From: Euprymna scolopes
Lineage: Eukaryota
Length of the DNA stretch: 64,000 bases
Strand: one strand, 5' to 3'
Assembly: GCA_053919585.1 (NCBI GenBank)
Contig: CM132802.1
The notes beneath the pieces are model-generated. The model was not told the DNA's origin. It saw only the letters and a program-made list of their open reading frames with translations, and searched no databases. Shown in pieces: positions 12,201-24,284 of the stretch. Position numbers and translations under genes: made by a program. Within the stretch, counting starts at the first letter, position 1, and every line of letters begins with the position of its first letter.

Positions 12201-14299
12201 CTTACTTATCATGCTGGAATGACTAGGTCTTTATTGTCTTATTAGTCATGAGACGTTTTCTGACTGATAATTCATATTATTAGATTTCATTCCTGCAAAA
12301 AATATGTGTACTGATTTATATAGTGCTATATTATAAGACATATATTGCTTGGAGGGGAAGACCGAGGAGGAAAATTGAGACAGCAAATCTGACAATTTTA
12401 AAACAAGTGTATCTGTATCTCTACTACTCAAATTTTAGCCAATACTTATTTATTCTTTTCGTTGTTGTCCATTTCCTCGTATATGCGTCAAATATTTACA
12501 ATTGATCCATGACAATCATATATTATATCCAAACATCAATTTTTATATTATGCGTCCCTTGTTCGTTTAGGACATAGACATAAATTCGGCTTCCAACGTT
12601 ATACAATAACTACTTTGAATTCACTGTAATAACCATGAATTTCAGTGATATATTCTAAATCGAAATAAGCCATACTTACTGTCACTGGCGATGTGTCCCT
12701 TCATGCAAGGTCGATATGTCAAGGCTCTAAACAAAACGTTAGATTCCTGCTTGTCTTTTCTACGATAACGTTGTTAAACATGTTACCTTAGGAAATGTGT
12801 GGAATAATATTTTATTTTAGTAAATTTATAGTTAAACAGATAAAAATTCATGTAGTTATATCAAGTTCTGAAATAATTTCTTGTTATTCTAAATACACAT
12901 TTATGACTTTGAATAATTTCAGTTGTATACAAGAAGATGAGAATTTTGATTGGTTTAGAAAAACATCATGTGATCGATTAATTTTCATTAAATTCAATCG
13001 TCAGTTAATAGTCTACACACTGTTAGATAATTTAATGACGGGAGATGACAATAGTGAGTAGACACACACGTTTTGAAGCGGTTCTATGCATTTTAAAAAT
13101 ATTTGGAAGTTATGAGTCCACCCCATTTCGTCTCCTCTTTATATCCCGGTCTTCCCACCGCCACTAAACTTAAAGAAATGCTAACATGTCTCGTTTACTG
13201 CTCCGTGGCCAAATTAACATAGAGACGTAATCCTTCACGCTAAAATGTTAAATTTTGATTATATTTTGAAAATTCCTATAAGCAAAAAGGTGATGTTGAT
13301 TCCTCTTTAGGAGGTAAATTACGCTGGATTATGTTTAAAAAACACACATTTTAAATAAATGTGTAAATTGATCAAGTACTTTTTAAAATTTTATTTTGTT
13401 TTAAGATTAGAAACCCTTTTCTGTTTTTTTTTTGTTTAAAAAAAATACAACTTTAAATGAAAATACTTTCAAAATAACCTTTTTTAAAAAAATCCGGACG
13501 CTAAAACCGTACATTGTTTAAGGGGAAAGTCCTATTATCAAAAGCATCCGTGAACAATATGTGGTAGAAAAAATCTGTTTATATTGTTTAAAATTATGAA
13601 TAAATTTTGTATAATTATGCACGTTTTATCTATATTGTTTCAAATTAAGCAAAAGCTTTATGCTGTTAAGAATTATAAGACGTTCAATTTATTTTGTTTA
13701 TAATTAAATAAATGGCAGTCTATATTTTTTTTAAATAAATAGTTATCATTATGAAGTTATGTTTACATTTTTAAGAGCTTTCTACTTGTTTAACACTGTT
13801 AATTCTGAAATGTAAATGTTATTGTTTACATATCATTTACATAGTAACATAATGGTTATTAGGGGACTTTCTTCCGTGTAATATAAGGATCGCGAACGTT
13901 TAGCCACTCAATTTCAAACCTTACCCAATAATTTTATTCGTAACACAAAGCAACTTTTTAAAAAGTAGTTATAAAAAGTCAGATGTTATTATGTGTTGAC
14001 CGTCGAGCATAACACGGTTTGAACAACTGGGCAAGCTGATTTAACTAATTTCTTCGTCTATAAACTGCCAATTACAGAATATAAAAAAGACATTAAATTG
14101 TAAACATTTGTTGTTTTTGTTTGAAAACGATTACAACTTGCAATGAGAAATACAAATAAATTTCGTAAAATGCCGATCTAAAACCATACAAAATGTATTA
14201 CCATCTTTTTTCTTGCTTTTAATTATTTAATATTTATTTATTTAATTTTTTATTTATTTTAAACGCGAAAAAATTGTTGTTTAAAAAAGCTTTTGTTTA

Positions 14300-14373
14300 T
14301 ATTTCTGACGCATACGGATCGTAAAGCGGAACTGGATAGACGCAAACCGATTTGAGTTTTATAATAGTATAGA
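14300..14373 (-). mobile_element. 5' end of a non-autonomous Helitron-like element
   Basis: Minus strand begins A|TCTATACTATTATAAA, resembling Helitron 5'-TC termini. The 3' end was not located. Confidence 0.4.
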
Positions 14374-16924
14374 TACGAAAACTACACTGAATAAGAACCC
14401 TGTAACCTATTTTCTGCTTCTTTGAAGTCGTCACTTTTAGGAATTATAATTACCTTTCTATTACAGGATTTACTTAAGCATTTCATATGCATATATATAC
14501 GGCACGATAACGTTGACAGAGCGACATGCATTCAGCCGACGAAGTTAAGCCACCTTGAGTCTTGTCAGTCCTTAATAGATTACATATGGTAGGACCAGTA
14601 GTTGTATGCATTTTCCGTTTATCTTAACATGTTTTCCAATGTTCCTGGAATTCTCTTTACAAATTGATTCAAGCAGTACTGATTCCAGCGAAGGTTAGGA
14701 GCTTGTTGCACGGAACTTGCTTCACAATATGCAGCCACCCAACCTTACAGAAGAGGTGCATTGTCTAAAAGTATTAAACAATGTATATACAGGTGTATTT
14801 ATACGAATAGACCCTCACTTTAATTTCTCACGCGACTAATAATCAGTTATCTCTCACTGCAAAAGTAGAAACCGATGATGCGGCCTGGAATATTATTGGC
14901 AACACATTTCTCTTAATATCCAGCACTGTATCTTTTTTGCTCACTATTTTAACGGACTTTATATCGTCCCCTTATTTCTTTATCATTGTGTTCTTCCTGT
15001 ATAATCTTCTTCTTTCAGTACTGTACGCTCCTTTTTAATTCTATCAATCCACGCTATTTTCAATCGTTTATTATGGTACCAAATAATTCACACATGAGAT
15101 GCTATGCATGCTATAGTTAAGGAAAACGTTTTAAGCTATTATAGATACTTTAAATATTGATGATAATTATAAACGGAATAGCTTAAAGATTTTAATATAT
15201 CATATTAATATACAGCTATTAATTCCAGTACATGCTTTCCAGCAATTGCAAGCGGGTGGGACTCTCTTCCTGTTGAGTGTTTCCTGCAACTTACTGGTTT
15301 ATTACGATTTGTCTTAGACAAATATGCACAACATGCAACTGCCAGAAGATTATCTATGTCCTGTTTCGTAGCTCATCAAGTGGCTTCATACCGTACATAA
15401 AGCGAGCTCCATAAATATGGCCACATGACTGACATACTGGGCGAGAATAATAGCTTCTTAAAGACATGTTTTGATGTATATTGGAAAAGATGTTTGTATT
15501 TAATCTGTGCGCTTTCCGAAGGAGATGCCATTTAACAGTGAAAACTAATACGAACTATCACGTATGTACTAGGGCACAGGTCTATTAGTAGTTAACGAAA
15601 TCAAGAATTTGTAATGTATTGTTCTCGAGCAATGTCAATATTCTTTGCCAGTGGATACATAAAATAAAGATTTTTTTTCCATGAGAACTCCAGAAAGTTT
15701 TAAGATTATCTTTAAAAGTTTCGAACGTAGCGATAGACTCCAAAATGCTCTCACACAAATCTCTTCTCTCGCATATCCATTCTAAAGAAAATTCTTTGAA
15801 GGATCACAAGTTCCGTAATCTGTATCGATCACTAATCTCAATGCACATAGAATAAACCGCGTGTGTGTCTCTGCTTTGAAGACAATATGTAATTCGTTGT
15901 TATAGAAGCATACACAAGGTTAGTCTGCAGAATCCAAATGCTATCATGCGTCGTGNNNNNNNNNNNNNNNNNNNNNNNNNNNNNNNNNNNNNNNNNNNNN
16001 NNNNNNNNNNNNNNNNNNNNNNNNNNNNNNNNNNNNNNNNNNNNNNNNNNNNNNNNNNNNNNNNNNNNNNNNNNNNNNNNNNNNNNNNNNNNNNNNNNNN
16101 NNNNNNNNNNNNNNNNNNNNNNNNNNNNNNNNNNNNNNNNNNNNNNNNNNNNNNAAAATCCATAATCTATATCTTAAATGCAAGAAAATTACGGAATATT
16201 GGATGTAATTTTTTTCATTTAATTCACGGGTCTGTAAAGTTGCGAGAATATCATCCCAGATAAGAACAATTTTCGGAATGATTAATATAATTCAATGTTT
16301 TACCAAAAAATAAACATAATTAAAAATTTGTGACGATCCGAAACAATACATGAATGGAAACAAATCGAAATTGGTAACGAGTACAAACTGTCTGCAAGGC
16401 CACGTGACATAACGGATAGAGTTCTTAATAATATTCAGTTTTAAGTAACAGCTTTTGGGAATTAGACCTTTCATCATCAGTAAAAATAATGCTATGCATA
16501 CAAGTATAGATTACCTGATACTTTTACACGATCCTACTTCATGAAACGAGGACAAACACGTTCCGTTAAATAAATATATGTTTCGGTCCAAATATCCGTA
16601 TAACTTTTGGAGTTTGACAAAAAGATTCTCAAGTTTCATAAAATGCAGCTAGAATAGAAAGTTATATTAGTCGTACCATGCAAAAAATATGGAAGCTGGC
16701 GATTATTTTCAGGCCATGCCATATTCGTAGATTCAAAATAAGATTTTTACCATTTTGAGTAAATAAAATAAACTCATCGTTTTTTTATTTAAATGATACT
16801 TATATAACAATAGGAATTATTTTGTATAAGGGAAACCTGCAACTTTCATAATATTGTCGAGCCTCAAACGTATTTATTATTTCAGAATGAATAGTATAAT
16901 AAACCACAAATAACACATATTGAT

Positions 16925-17224
16925 AACTGGTCCTGGATATGACATTAAACTATATCCGATGGTGAGACCCCAGCTTGCGGGCTTTGGGGAGTGTGGAGCC
17001 ACCATTTAATTGCCACCGCTTCCAGGTCCACTCTGATCCGGAGTAGGAGTACCTGTTAGGGCCCCAACTGTTGGTTAAATAGAAACAGACTTAAAAAATG
17101 TATTCTATTAAAAAAATGTTCTTCAAAATCATTGGATTCGGTATTAAATGACCTGCAAAGGGTTGATATGCCGTAAAACAAAACAAAAAAAACAACCAAC
17201 AAACAAACCAACAAACAAACAAAC
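16925..17224 (+). mobile_element. SINE-like interspersed repeat with (AAAC)n tail
   Basis: GC-rich ~150-bp body in AT-rich context, ending GATATGCCGTAAAAC followed by an (AAAC/AACC)n tail, which is typical of retroposed elements. Confidence 0.55.
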
Positions 17225-17834
17225 AGATTTAGATGGGTTGCACGTTGCCGTTTTAGAAATATAAATATACGTGATCCCACTTGCTAATATGGATCTTAAA
17301 AAGTTGTTTCATCGCATGTAAAAATAGAAAATGTTTCGGATAATCGTATACTAGTTATGCATATGAGAGACTTTATGGATACCACCTGTTAATCTACTTT
17401 ACAAATTTCATTTTCAATTTACATAATTTTCAATTTCAATTTCGAAAGTTTTTTTTTGTTATATAAGTGTATCTCTGTAATACGATTATGAGATATCTAG
17501 TTAGATATCCGTAATTCACTATTTTAGACATATCTAAAAAGAGCCTGTGATTTACATCCTTCACTGTCAATTAACCCTCATCACCGTAATATTGTATCCT
17601 GTTGCCTGTTTTACTACTTAAGTACTTTAATTGAATGTGTTTTAACAGAATTGTACCTTGACTACCATGACACGCAGCAAAATTACACCCCTTCAATGTA
17701 GAAGTTCCGTGATAGTTAAAGGTTTTTCAAGTTAATAATGTCTTCTTTAAAACTCCAGGATATTAGAATTTTCTTCTCGTTTCCTGCTTTCCTGACTGTA
17801 CTGCCATTCTGAAATCCGAATTAAATAGGACTAA

Positions 17835-18127
17835 ACTTATTGTTGCTCAGCACCCCGCGCTTTGTCTGGGTAAATATTGCCTTATTTGTTTTGAAGAGTT
17901 ATAAGTAAATGAAACAGACTTTAAATTTCCTATTGCACATTGTCTTTAATGTTACCCTTTAACAAAGAATATATAGGTAGGGGGATAGATAGGTAAATAT
18001 AGGGAGAGAGGAGAAGTTTAGAGAAGGTAATAATGAGAAAAAGAGATACAACATGGCAAAGAGGGAAGAATAGAAAACAGTGTCAAAAGAACCTACACTA
18101 CGTAGATATAATATATATTATAAGATG
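17835..18127 (-). mobile_element. Possible non-autonomous Helitron
   Basis: GC hairpin remnant ACCCCGCGCTTTGTCTGGGT at the left end and a minus-strand TCTTATAATATATA start at the right end. The CTAG end is degenerate. Confidence 0.3.
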
Positions 18128-18753
18128 TATTCCTTTAGCGACATCAAGGTTACATTTATAAAAAAAATATTTCAGATTATTTGAAAACGCCAGCAGGATA
18201 ACCTATTAGCTTATCTTGTTCCGCAAGACATAGTGGCAAGCCTACGTGAACTCTATGAAATAATGAGAAAAAGTGACATTTACAAAGTATCAGACAACCT
18301 AAGCGTGATTGTGTAATGAAAAAGCAACTCCAGATTAAAAAGGTCAAATATCTCGTCATTTAAAGAAATAACTAGTAGCTACAGTGCAAAACGTTTTACA
18401 CACTAGTAAACTCTCATAGACGTGGAGAAAATACCACAGATTAAATCTTCTTTGCGGTCTCATTAGCGCTGATTTTCCTGTAAGAAAATAAAGCAAATAC
18501 TTTGGGATATGCGTAGGCATATATAAATCATTTTGTCCGGGATTCCATACCGATTGAACATAATTTAAATTTAATGACATATATAGAAAAATGATAAACT
18601 AATGTTAAATTTTGACATTTTTAAACCTAAAACGAAGTGAAATATCCATTCTAGACACTTTCTGTCTTCCTATTTTCAGAATCGCAAACAATAAGAAAAA
18701 CACAATATGCATCGGCTACGGTAAATAGTTTTGGCTAGAGAAACGGTGAAACG

Positions 18754-19738
18754 TTTTTTTTTTTTTTTTTTTTTTTTACAAAGGCATCACCACATTATCA
18801 AGGCCCAGAGGCCACTCAAGGATAAGGGTTAAAGAGTGTACAGTAGAAGTTGGTCAATATAGTAATCATTAGTAATGAAAATTTGGTAAATTTAATAACT
18901 TATATGGAACGGCTCATCAAGAACTTATTTACTTTAGACTTGAACACAACCATATTGTAGTCAGCCGGAAAGCAGGAAAACGGAAGACAATTCCACAGGC
19001 GTGCAGTTCTAAGAAAGAAGCTTTGTTCATGGAATCTATGTTTAGGTTTAGGCACAGATAAAGAGTGGGGGAAATTATTGATAGTGTTTACAGCTAGACG
19101 AGTGTTTCTTGTGAAAGTTTGGCGAGGGGGGACCATAGATTGAAGCTCAGTTGAACACTTTCCATGAAAATAACGATACATCAGAGACAAACTCACAACA
19201 TCTCTTCTGTGAGATAGAGGTTGTAAGGAGGAGAAAAGGACATCTCCTACGAGGCTACGAAGTCTATTTTGAACTCTATCAAGGCAGGACAAGTCTTTTC
19301 TAGCAGCTCCTGCCCAGATGTGGCAACAGTATTCCATCATTGGACGTACCTGGCTCTTATATAGATAGAGAATAGCATCAGCAGTGAGATATCTACTGGA
19401 TCGATAGAAAGATCCCACCATTTTTCCAGCGGCCTTGGCAACAGATTTGATATACGTGTTCCATTTAAGATCAGGAGTAATGGTCAAGCCCAGAAACTTG
19501 TCAAAACTTGAGGCCTCCTGAAGACGAGAGCCATTCATTTCAATTGATGACAAATGTGGATTAGAATGTTGATGATGTAAAGAGAGAAGCTTGGTTTTAG
19601 ATGCATTAAAAGTAACCAGCCACTCCTTTCCCCATTGTACTACATGCTCAAGATCAGAGGAGAGAGAATTGGAGAGTACTTGCTCGTTTACTGTCTTAGA
19701 TGTGGTACCATAAATGGTAGTGTCGTCAGCATAAATGT
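18754..19738 (-). mobile_element. 5'-truncated CR1/Zenon-like LINE, family B, RT C-terminal half open
   Basis: ORF 18900-19784 contains YADD, WLVTFNASKT, MEYCCHIWAG and FFLRTARLWN. 3' UTR stem-loop and ~24-nt poly(A) (T run from 18754). Confidence 0.95.
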
Positions 19739-19849
19739 TTGTCAAGTAACAAAAATAAACAAACACTATAAATGTTTGAGTCAAGAATTACGCTCTACAG
19801 ATGAAGATCAATTAAATTATTACAAAAACTACACAACTACATACATCAT

Positions 19850-20430
19850 CTGAGACTAACCTTCATTCCTGATCTGAAAAGAAACACCCACATAAAATTT
19901 GTTTCAAAGATTGCTAGAAAATAGGGTTGGATCACTACCACTGCAGTAGGTATCTCATTGCCGATAAAAATTATTTATCTGTATTAGAGTTACGTACGCA
20001 GTAAAACAGAGAACTGTTGCCACATCTGGGTAGAAGCTGCTCGATACGCCTTATCGTCCCTTGATAGAGTTCAACACACGCTTCAAAACATAGTAGGTGT
20101 CACCCTTTTCTCTTTTCTCCCACCTCTTTTTCAGCGAAAACACGTTGCGAGACTTTATATGCAGTATTGTTTTTTTTTCACGCCAATTGCTCATTTGACA
20201 TCTAATCTATAGTCCACTAGTTGCCAACCTGTCACAAATAACTCGAGTAGCTACAATCTGTATATAAGATTAGCTCTATTTGTGTCTAAAACTAAACACA
20301 GATTCCATGAACAACGCTTGTTTTTTCGAACTGCCCGCCTGTGGAACACTATTGCATTGGTCTACTTCCAGATTGTATTCAACATGGTAACTTTAAAATC
20401 AAATGTAAAGAAGGGTTTTTAATCCGTCCC
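19850..20430 (+). mobile_element. Older, degenerate family B-like LINE fragment
   Basis: Remnants of PDLK..IK.V.K, CCHIW, SLDRVQ, FFRTARLWN and FKSNV, with stops and frameshifts. Confidence 0.8.
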
Positions 20431-20526
20431 TGTAAATATACACATTCTACCCAAATTATCCAATTAACGTTTACAATACTTACTTAATGTTACAATATTT
20501 TTTACTATAATGGAGTAGATATTTAA

Positions 20527-21232
20527 TTGTTGCCCACCTCAGCAATATTTGGCACAAGGCCAGAAAGTGGGGATCAATGCAGACTCCCCTAAGGTAGGGG
20601 CACTCCTATAATTGCAAACATTGCATGAGTAAACCCGTCGGTATTCCCCGGTTTGGGCGCCTCAAGCGACAAGCAATAAACTTGCACAACCGGAGGGCAC
20701 GGTGGCAAGGCCTAGGAGGGTGGTCCTCCTGGGTATTATCCAGGCGGTGTATCTCAGTCCGAAATGTGCTGGGCTGGTTCCCGGCCCTCACCTGTCGGGC
20801 TGAGAGTCAAGAGCGGATCCTTGATGTGTACTACTACTCTGCCTCCCTGCATCCGAAGCCGCTAGGAGACACATCCCATCATAGTCGGACTATAATGGGG
20901 TAGTATCTATTTGCTGCACACCACAGCAAAATGTGACACAATGTGGAGAACAGGCACGCTCCCCTAAAGAAGGGGCACTCTCGCCTCAACAAAACTTGCC
21001 TGGACACACCCGTCGGCATTCCCCGGTAATGGAAATACCGGTGGCAAGGCCTGGGAGGGTGGGCCTCCTAGGTAGTACACAAGCGGTGCCCGTCACGTGC
21101 TGGGACGATTCCCGGCCCCTTACCTGTCGGGCTGAGTGTCAAGAACGGATCCTTGACGAGTACACTACCCTGCCTTTCTGCAGCCGAAGCCACTAGGAGA
21201 CACATCCCATCATACCGGAATTTATTATGGTA
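20527..21232 (+). repeat. Tandem dimer of a GC-rich, multi-hairpin unit (20527-20902 and 20909-21232); candidate structured RNA element
   Basis: Shared blocks include CTCCCCTAA..AGGGGCACTC, CCCGTCGG.ATTCCCCGGT, GGTGGCAAGGCCT, ACCTGTCGGGCTGAG, CGGATCCTTGA and CTAGGAGACACATCCCATCATA. Stems are conserved with compensatory changes. Confidence 0.85.
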
Positions 21233-22549
21233 TGCTCTCGCACAGTCGGGAGAGTCTATTCATAAATGATGCTGGTAGGAACTGACGAATCGAATTAATT
21301 CACGCCCTGCTACCAACCAATCAGAAACGAGAATTGCTCCATAAATATTAAACCTTTCTGTAGCAATTTCGCATATATTTTCTCCGTCTCAACACGGGAA
21401 GAGCCTTTTGCTCTCTGAGTTCCAACTCGAGAACTATCTATTGCAAACCAGTCACCTCCAGGAATTGTGTAGAACAGCGAACTATCAGAAACTATTCTGA
21501 AACTAAACATGGCTTACACATCTAGAAACCTACCGCATTACACACATTAATCTTTATTTTCGGGAGGCTTTCATTATAAATGATGACTCCCAGTTGAAAA
21601 ATTACTTTTTCAGATTAAATAAGCTATAGATAAGCAGTTATAAAATTCCATATATATAAGTCTCATATGATGAAAATTTAGTATGATTTTTTAAGGAAAA
21701 TCGTATATGTTAAAACAGGTTTAACTAACGTCTCTTTCTATTATATTTTGTCATTATATATTCAAGAGATATTACTTAAGAAATAGTACCTAGTTTTCGT
21801 AATAATTTAAAAAAAAATAGAGTTTTATTCTTCTAAGAGAAACAGACTGTTAAGAGTAAATAAGTAATTTTATGATTTATAATATTTTATAATGTATACT
21901 TGTTTAATTCTACTTATAATTCGAATACCTATTCTAGTATATACGACTCTAGCATCAATCGTTTACATCAGGAAAACCCCATCTCTAGTTATATCTGTTA
22001 AGCTCAAATTACTATAAGAACATTTAGCTTTCCTTCCAGTTTTCTATACTATTCCAGATAGTATAAATGCATCTCCACGTACGGGCACATATATTGAACA
22101 CGCAGCCCATAACATATCATGGCAAACTGCGTAACAATTTTACATACCACCAATCTTTTCTATATAATAGCAACAATTTTCTTCTATTACATTAATTTCT
22201 CTAGTTCTCTTATCTCCATCCACAATGCATCCCCGTTTTCCTCTCGCGATTCATTATTTGGCTCCTCATGTAACTATCGCCTAATATGTAATCAAGCATC
22301 TTCTCTCCTTTTCTAATGAGAAATATTAGGCTTCAAATATCTATGTATAAAGGGTTTACTTATCCTACATACCTAACGGATGTAAAACCGTTATTGAATA
22401 AACGATGTAATCTATATACATTAATATACAAGTTACAAAAGCATCTTATCCAAGGCATGAAAATGTTTTTTACTATAGGCTTTAAAAATAAAGCTACAAA
22501 ATACAATTTGAAATTTGTTTATCTTCAAAGTGCACTTTTATAAATATTA

Positions 22550-22706
22550 CAAAGTAAGGTATACAAATTTAATTTAAATTGGATCCAGAAATTACCTTGG
22601 ATTTATTTTATGTAATGTTCATTCTGTTGCACTTTAAAAAATCATTTAAAATGTTATATCTATATTAGTAATTGCTAGATGAAAGATAAAGTGTTTAAAC
22701 TGCAAA

Positions 22707-22737
<31 letters not shown>

Positions 22738-22788
22738 ATCCAAGGTAATTTTTTGATTCAATTTAAACTAAATTTTATACCTTACTTT
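22550..22788. repeat. Long imperfect inverted repeat (~58-bp arms) enclosing an (AAAT)n tract; MITE-like
   Basis: AAAGTAAGGTATACAAATTTAATTTAAATTGGATCCAGAAATTACCTTGGATTTATTT pairs with AAATAAATCCAAGGTAATTTTTTGATTCAATTTAAACTAAATTTTATACCTTACTTT. Confidence 0.75.
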
Positions 22789-22874
22789 TTTTTATAACAA
22801 TTTTCGGTTCTTGGATAAAATTCTTTTCTAACTTGTATCTTATCTTTTTTTCAGATTATATTTTAAAACTTTAC

Positions 22875-23040
22875 TTTTCTCTATTTCAGTTTGTATTTCT
22901 CCTCACATCACCTCTCATTTTTGCAATCCCCTCTTTTATATTATTACAGGTCTGAATATTCTCTCTGTTTAAGTTTGTATTTCTCCTCACACCACAATTC
23001 ATTTTCTGCAACCCTCTGTTTGTAATACTGGTCTGAAAAT
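22875..23040. repeat. Diverged tandem duplication, ~83-bp unit x2
   Basis: AGTTTGTATTTCTCCTCACA...CATTTT.TGCAA.CC...GGTCTGAA occurs twice. Confidence 0.8.
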
Positions 23041-23261
23041 AAGAACATCTGATTTTTTTTAACAAAAACTTAAAAAGAAATTTTTAGATTAATTTTGTTA
23101 TACTTCTTTCAGAATAGAAATCTTTAAAATTTAATAAGGACCATATTTTATATAGGTTTCATTAACAAATATTAAGTAAATAACGAGAAAAATAGAAATG
23201 AAATTTTCAAAAGGAATGTATAACTGTTTACGGTTAATAGTAGTCCTCGCCAGTGAACGAC

Positions 23262-23264
<3 letters not shown>

Positions 23265-23324
<60 letters not shown>

Positions 23325-23342
23325 ATTATTATTATTATTATT
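23265..23342. repeat. (TTA)n microsatellite
   Basis: Direct reading. Confidence 0.97.
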
Positions 23343-23599
23343 TAAAACATTCTGTGTCCTGATCTTTCGCTCAAGGACTAATATTTATACATTGTTGNNN
23401 NNNNNNNNNNNNNNNNNNNNNNNNNNNNNNNNNNNNNNNNNNNNNNNNNNNNNNNNNNNNNNNNNNNNNNNNNNNNNNNNNNNNNNNNNNNNNNNNNNNN
23501 NNNNNNNNNNNNNNNNNNNNNNNNNNNNNNACCGAACTGAATGAAGGAAGAAGATCATGGACTATATAACAATATCGATATTCATATGCATGGAAAAAC

Positions 23600-24150
23600 A
23601 ATATAAATAAATCATAATAAAATTCAAGCGTCAGGCTTTTGCTTCACAACCTTGACTTCTTATTATACCAGTAAGACATGCATTTCTTCTTGTTAGAAAA
23701 CACGTAACGCGTATTCAATGCTAAAGGTCATATTTAGAGTGGACCTGGCATTTTCTCTACGACCTGTATTACTATCTTTGTCTCATGGTTAACATTAACA
23801 AAGCATAGATAACTTAAGAGAATCTTACAAGGAGGTTAGAAAATTTACGCAATCGACCTGTACAGCAGATGCATGTTTACATCAACGATGTTTGTACGTT
23901 TAAAAATCCTGAGTAACACGAAAGTTATATGGTGAGTTCATCCCGCTAACACTAACTCTTTATTAAATTGAATATTTTAAATAAAATTTGTGAAAGGGAA
24001 ATTGTACGAGATAAATCAAATGATATCATTAAAAAAATACATAAAGAATACATTGATAAAAACTAGTTGGGAGGATTTAACTTTGATAGCGGTTTTTTAG
24101 AAAGATCGATTTGGTAGAATGAAATACATGAATTTACATTTGTTACATAG
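23600..24150 (-). pseudogene. Decayed LRR coding remnant
   Basis: FYQIDLSKKPLSKLNP (24072-24119), ISFDLSRTISL and KELVLAG in manual translation. Confidence 0.35.
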
Positions 24151-24240
24151 ACCATAAGGAATTAATAAGACGTTTATTAGACATACTATTATAAATTTTA
24201 TTTATTGCGGACTATTATCCTCATCTTTTAGTTGTTGTTT

Positions 24241-24284
24241 CACGACGTTTCAGCCAACTATTCCCCTGGCCTTCGTCAGGTTGT
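24241..24284 (-). ncRNA. Minimal type I hammerhead ribozyme of Penelope-like element type
   Basis: Minus strand reads caacCTGACGAa-ggcca-ggggaatagt-tggct-GAAAcgtc-gtg: intact core boxes, 5-bp stem II, palindromic ACGT stem III, GUC cleavage triplet, and only a 2-bp stem I. A degenerate second copy lies at ~24362-24405. Confidence 0.65.

Larger units (their letters stand above)
14500..18580 (-). pseudogene. Decayed LRR gene with possible C-terminal TIR-like segment (TLR-like pseudogene), interrupted by repeats and a gap
   Basis: LRR-like motifs: KLIGYPAGVFK (~18180-18212), IINLKNL*LSRN (~17704-17739), LD/ISHNRITEIH (~17466-17500, frameshift), ENLFVKLQKLYGYLDRN (16580-16630), KLNIIKNSIRYV (~16406-16441), LLENNTLQILDF (~15597-15632). 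A TIR-like single frame reads GWV..YCLNQFVKRIPGTLENML..QDSRWLNF..MHVA (14520-14745). Confidence 0.45.

Noticed and set aside
20527-20700. HDV-like ribozyme (GGGCAACA on the minus strand, TCCCCG on the plus strand)
   Set aside because: I could not build the nested P1/P1.1/P2/P3 pseudoknot consistently in both copies.
20606-21196. ORFs over the GC-rich dimer (20606-20791, 20625-20903, 20933-21196)
   Set aside because: The reading frame is not kept throughout between the two copies and no domain is recognisable. GC richness explains the lack of stops.
21270-21318. Hammerhead-like CTGACGA flanked by GGTAG/CTACC
   Set aside because: No stem II followed by a GAAA box.
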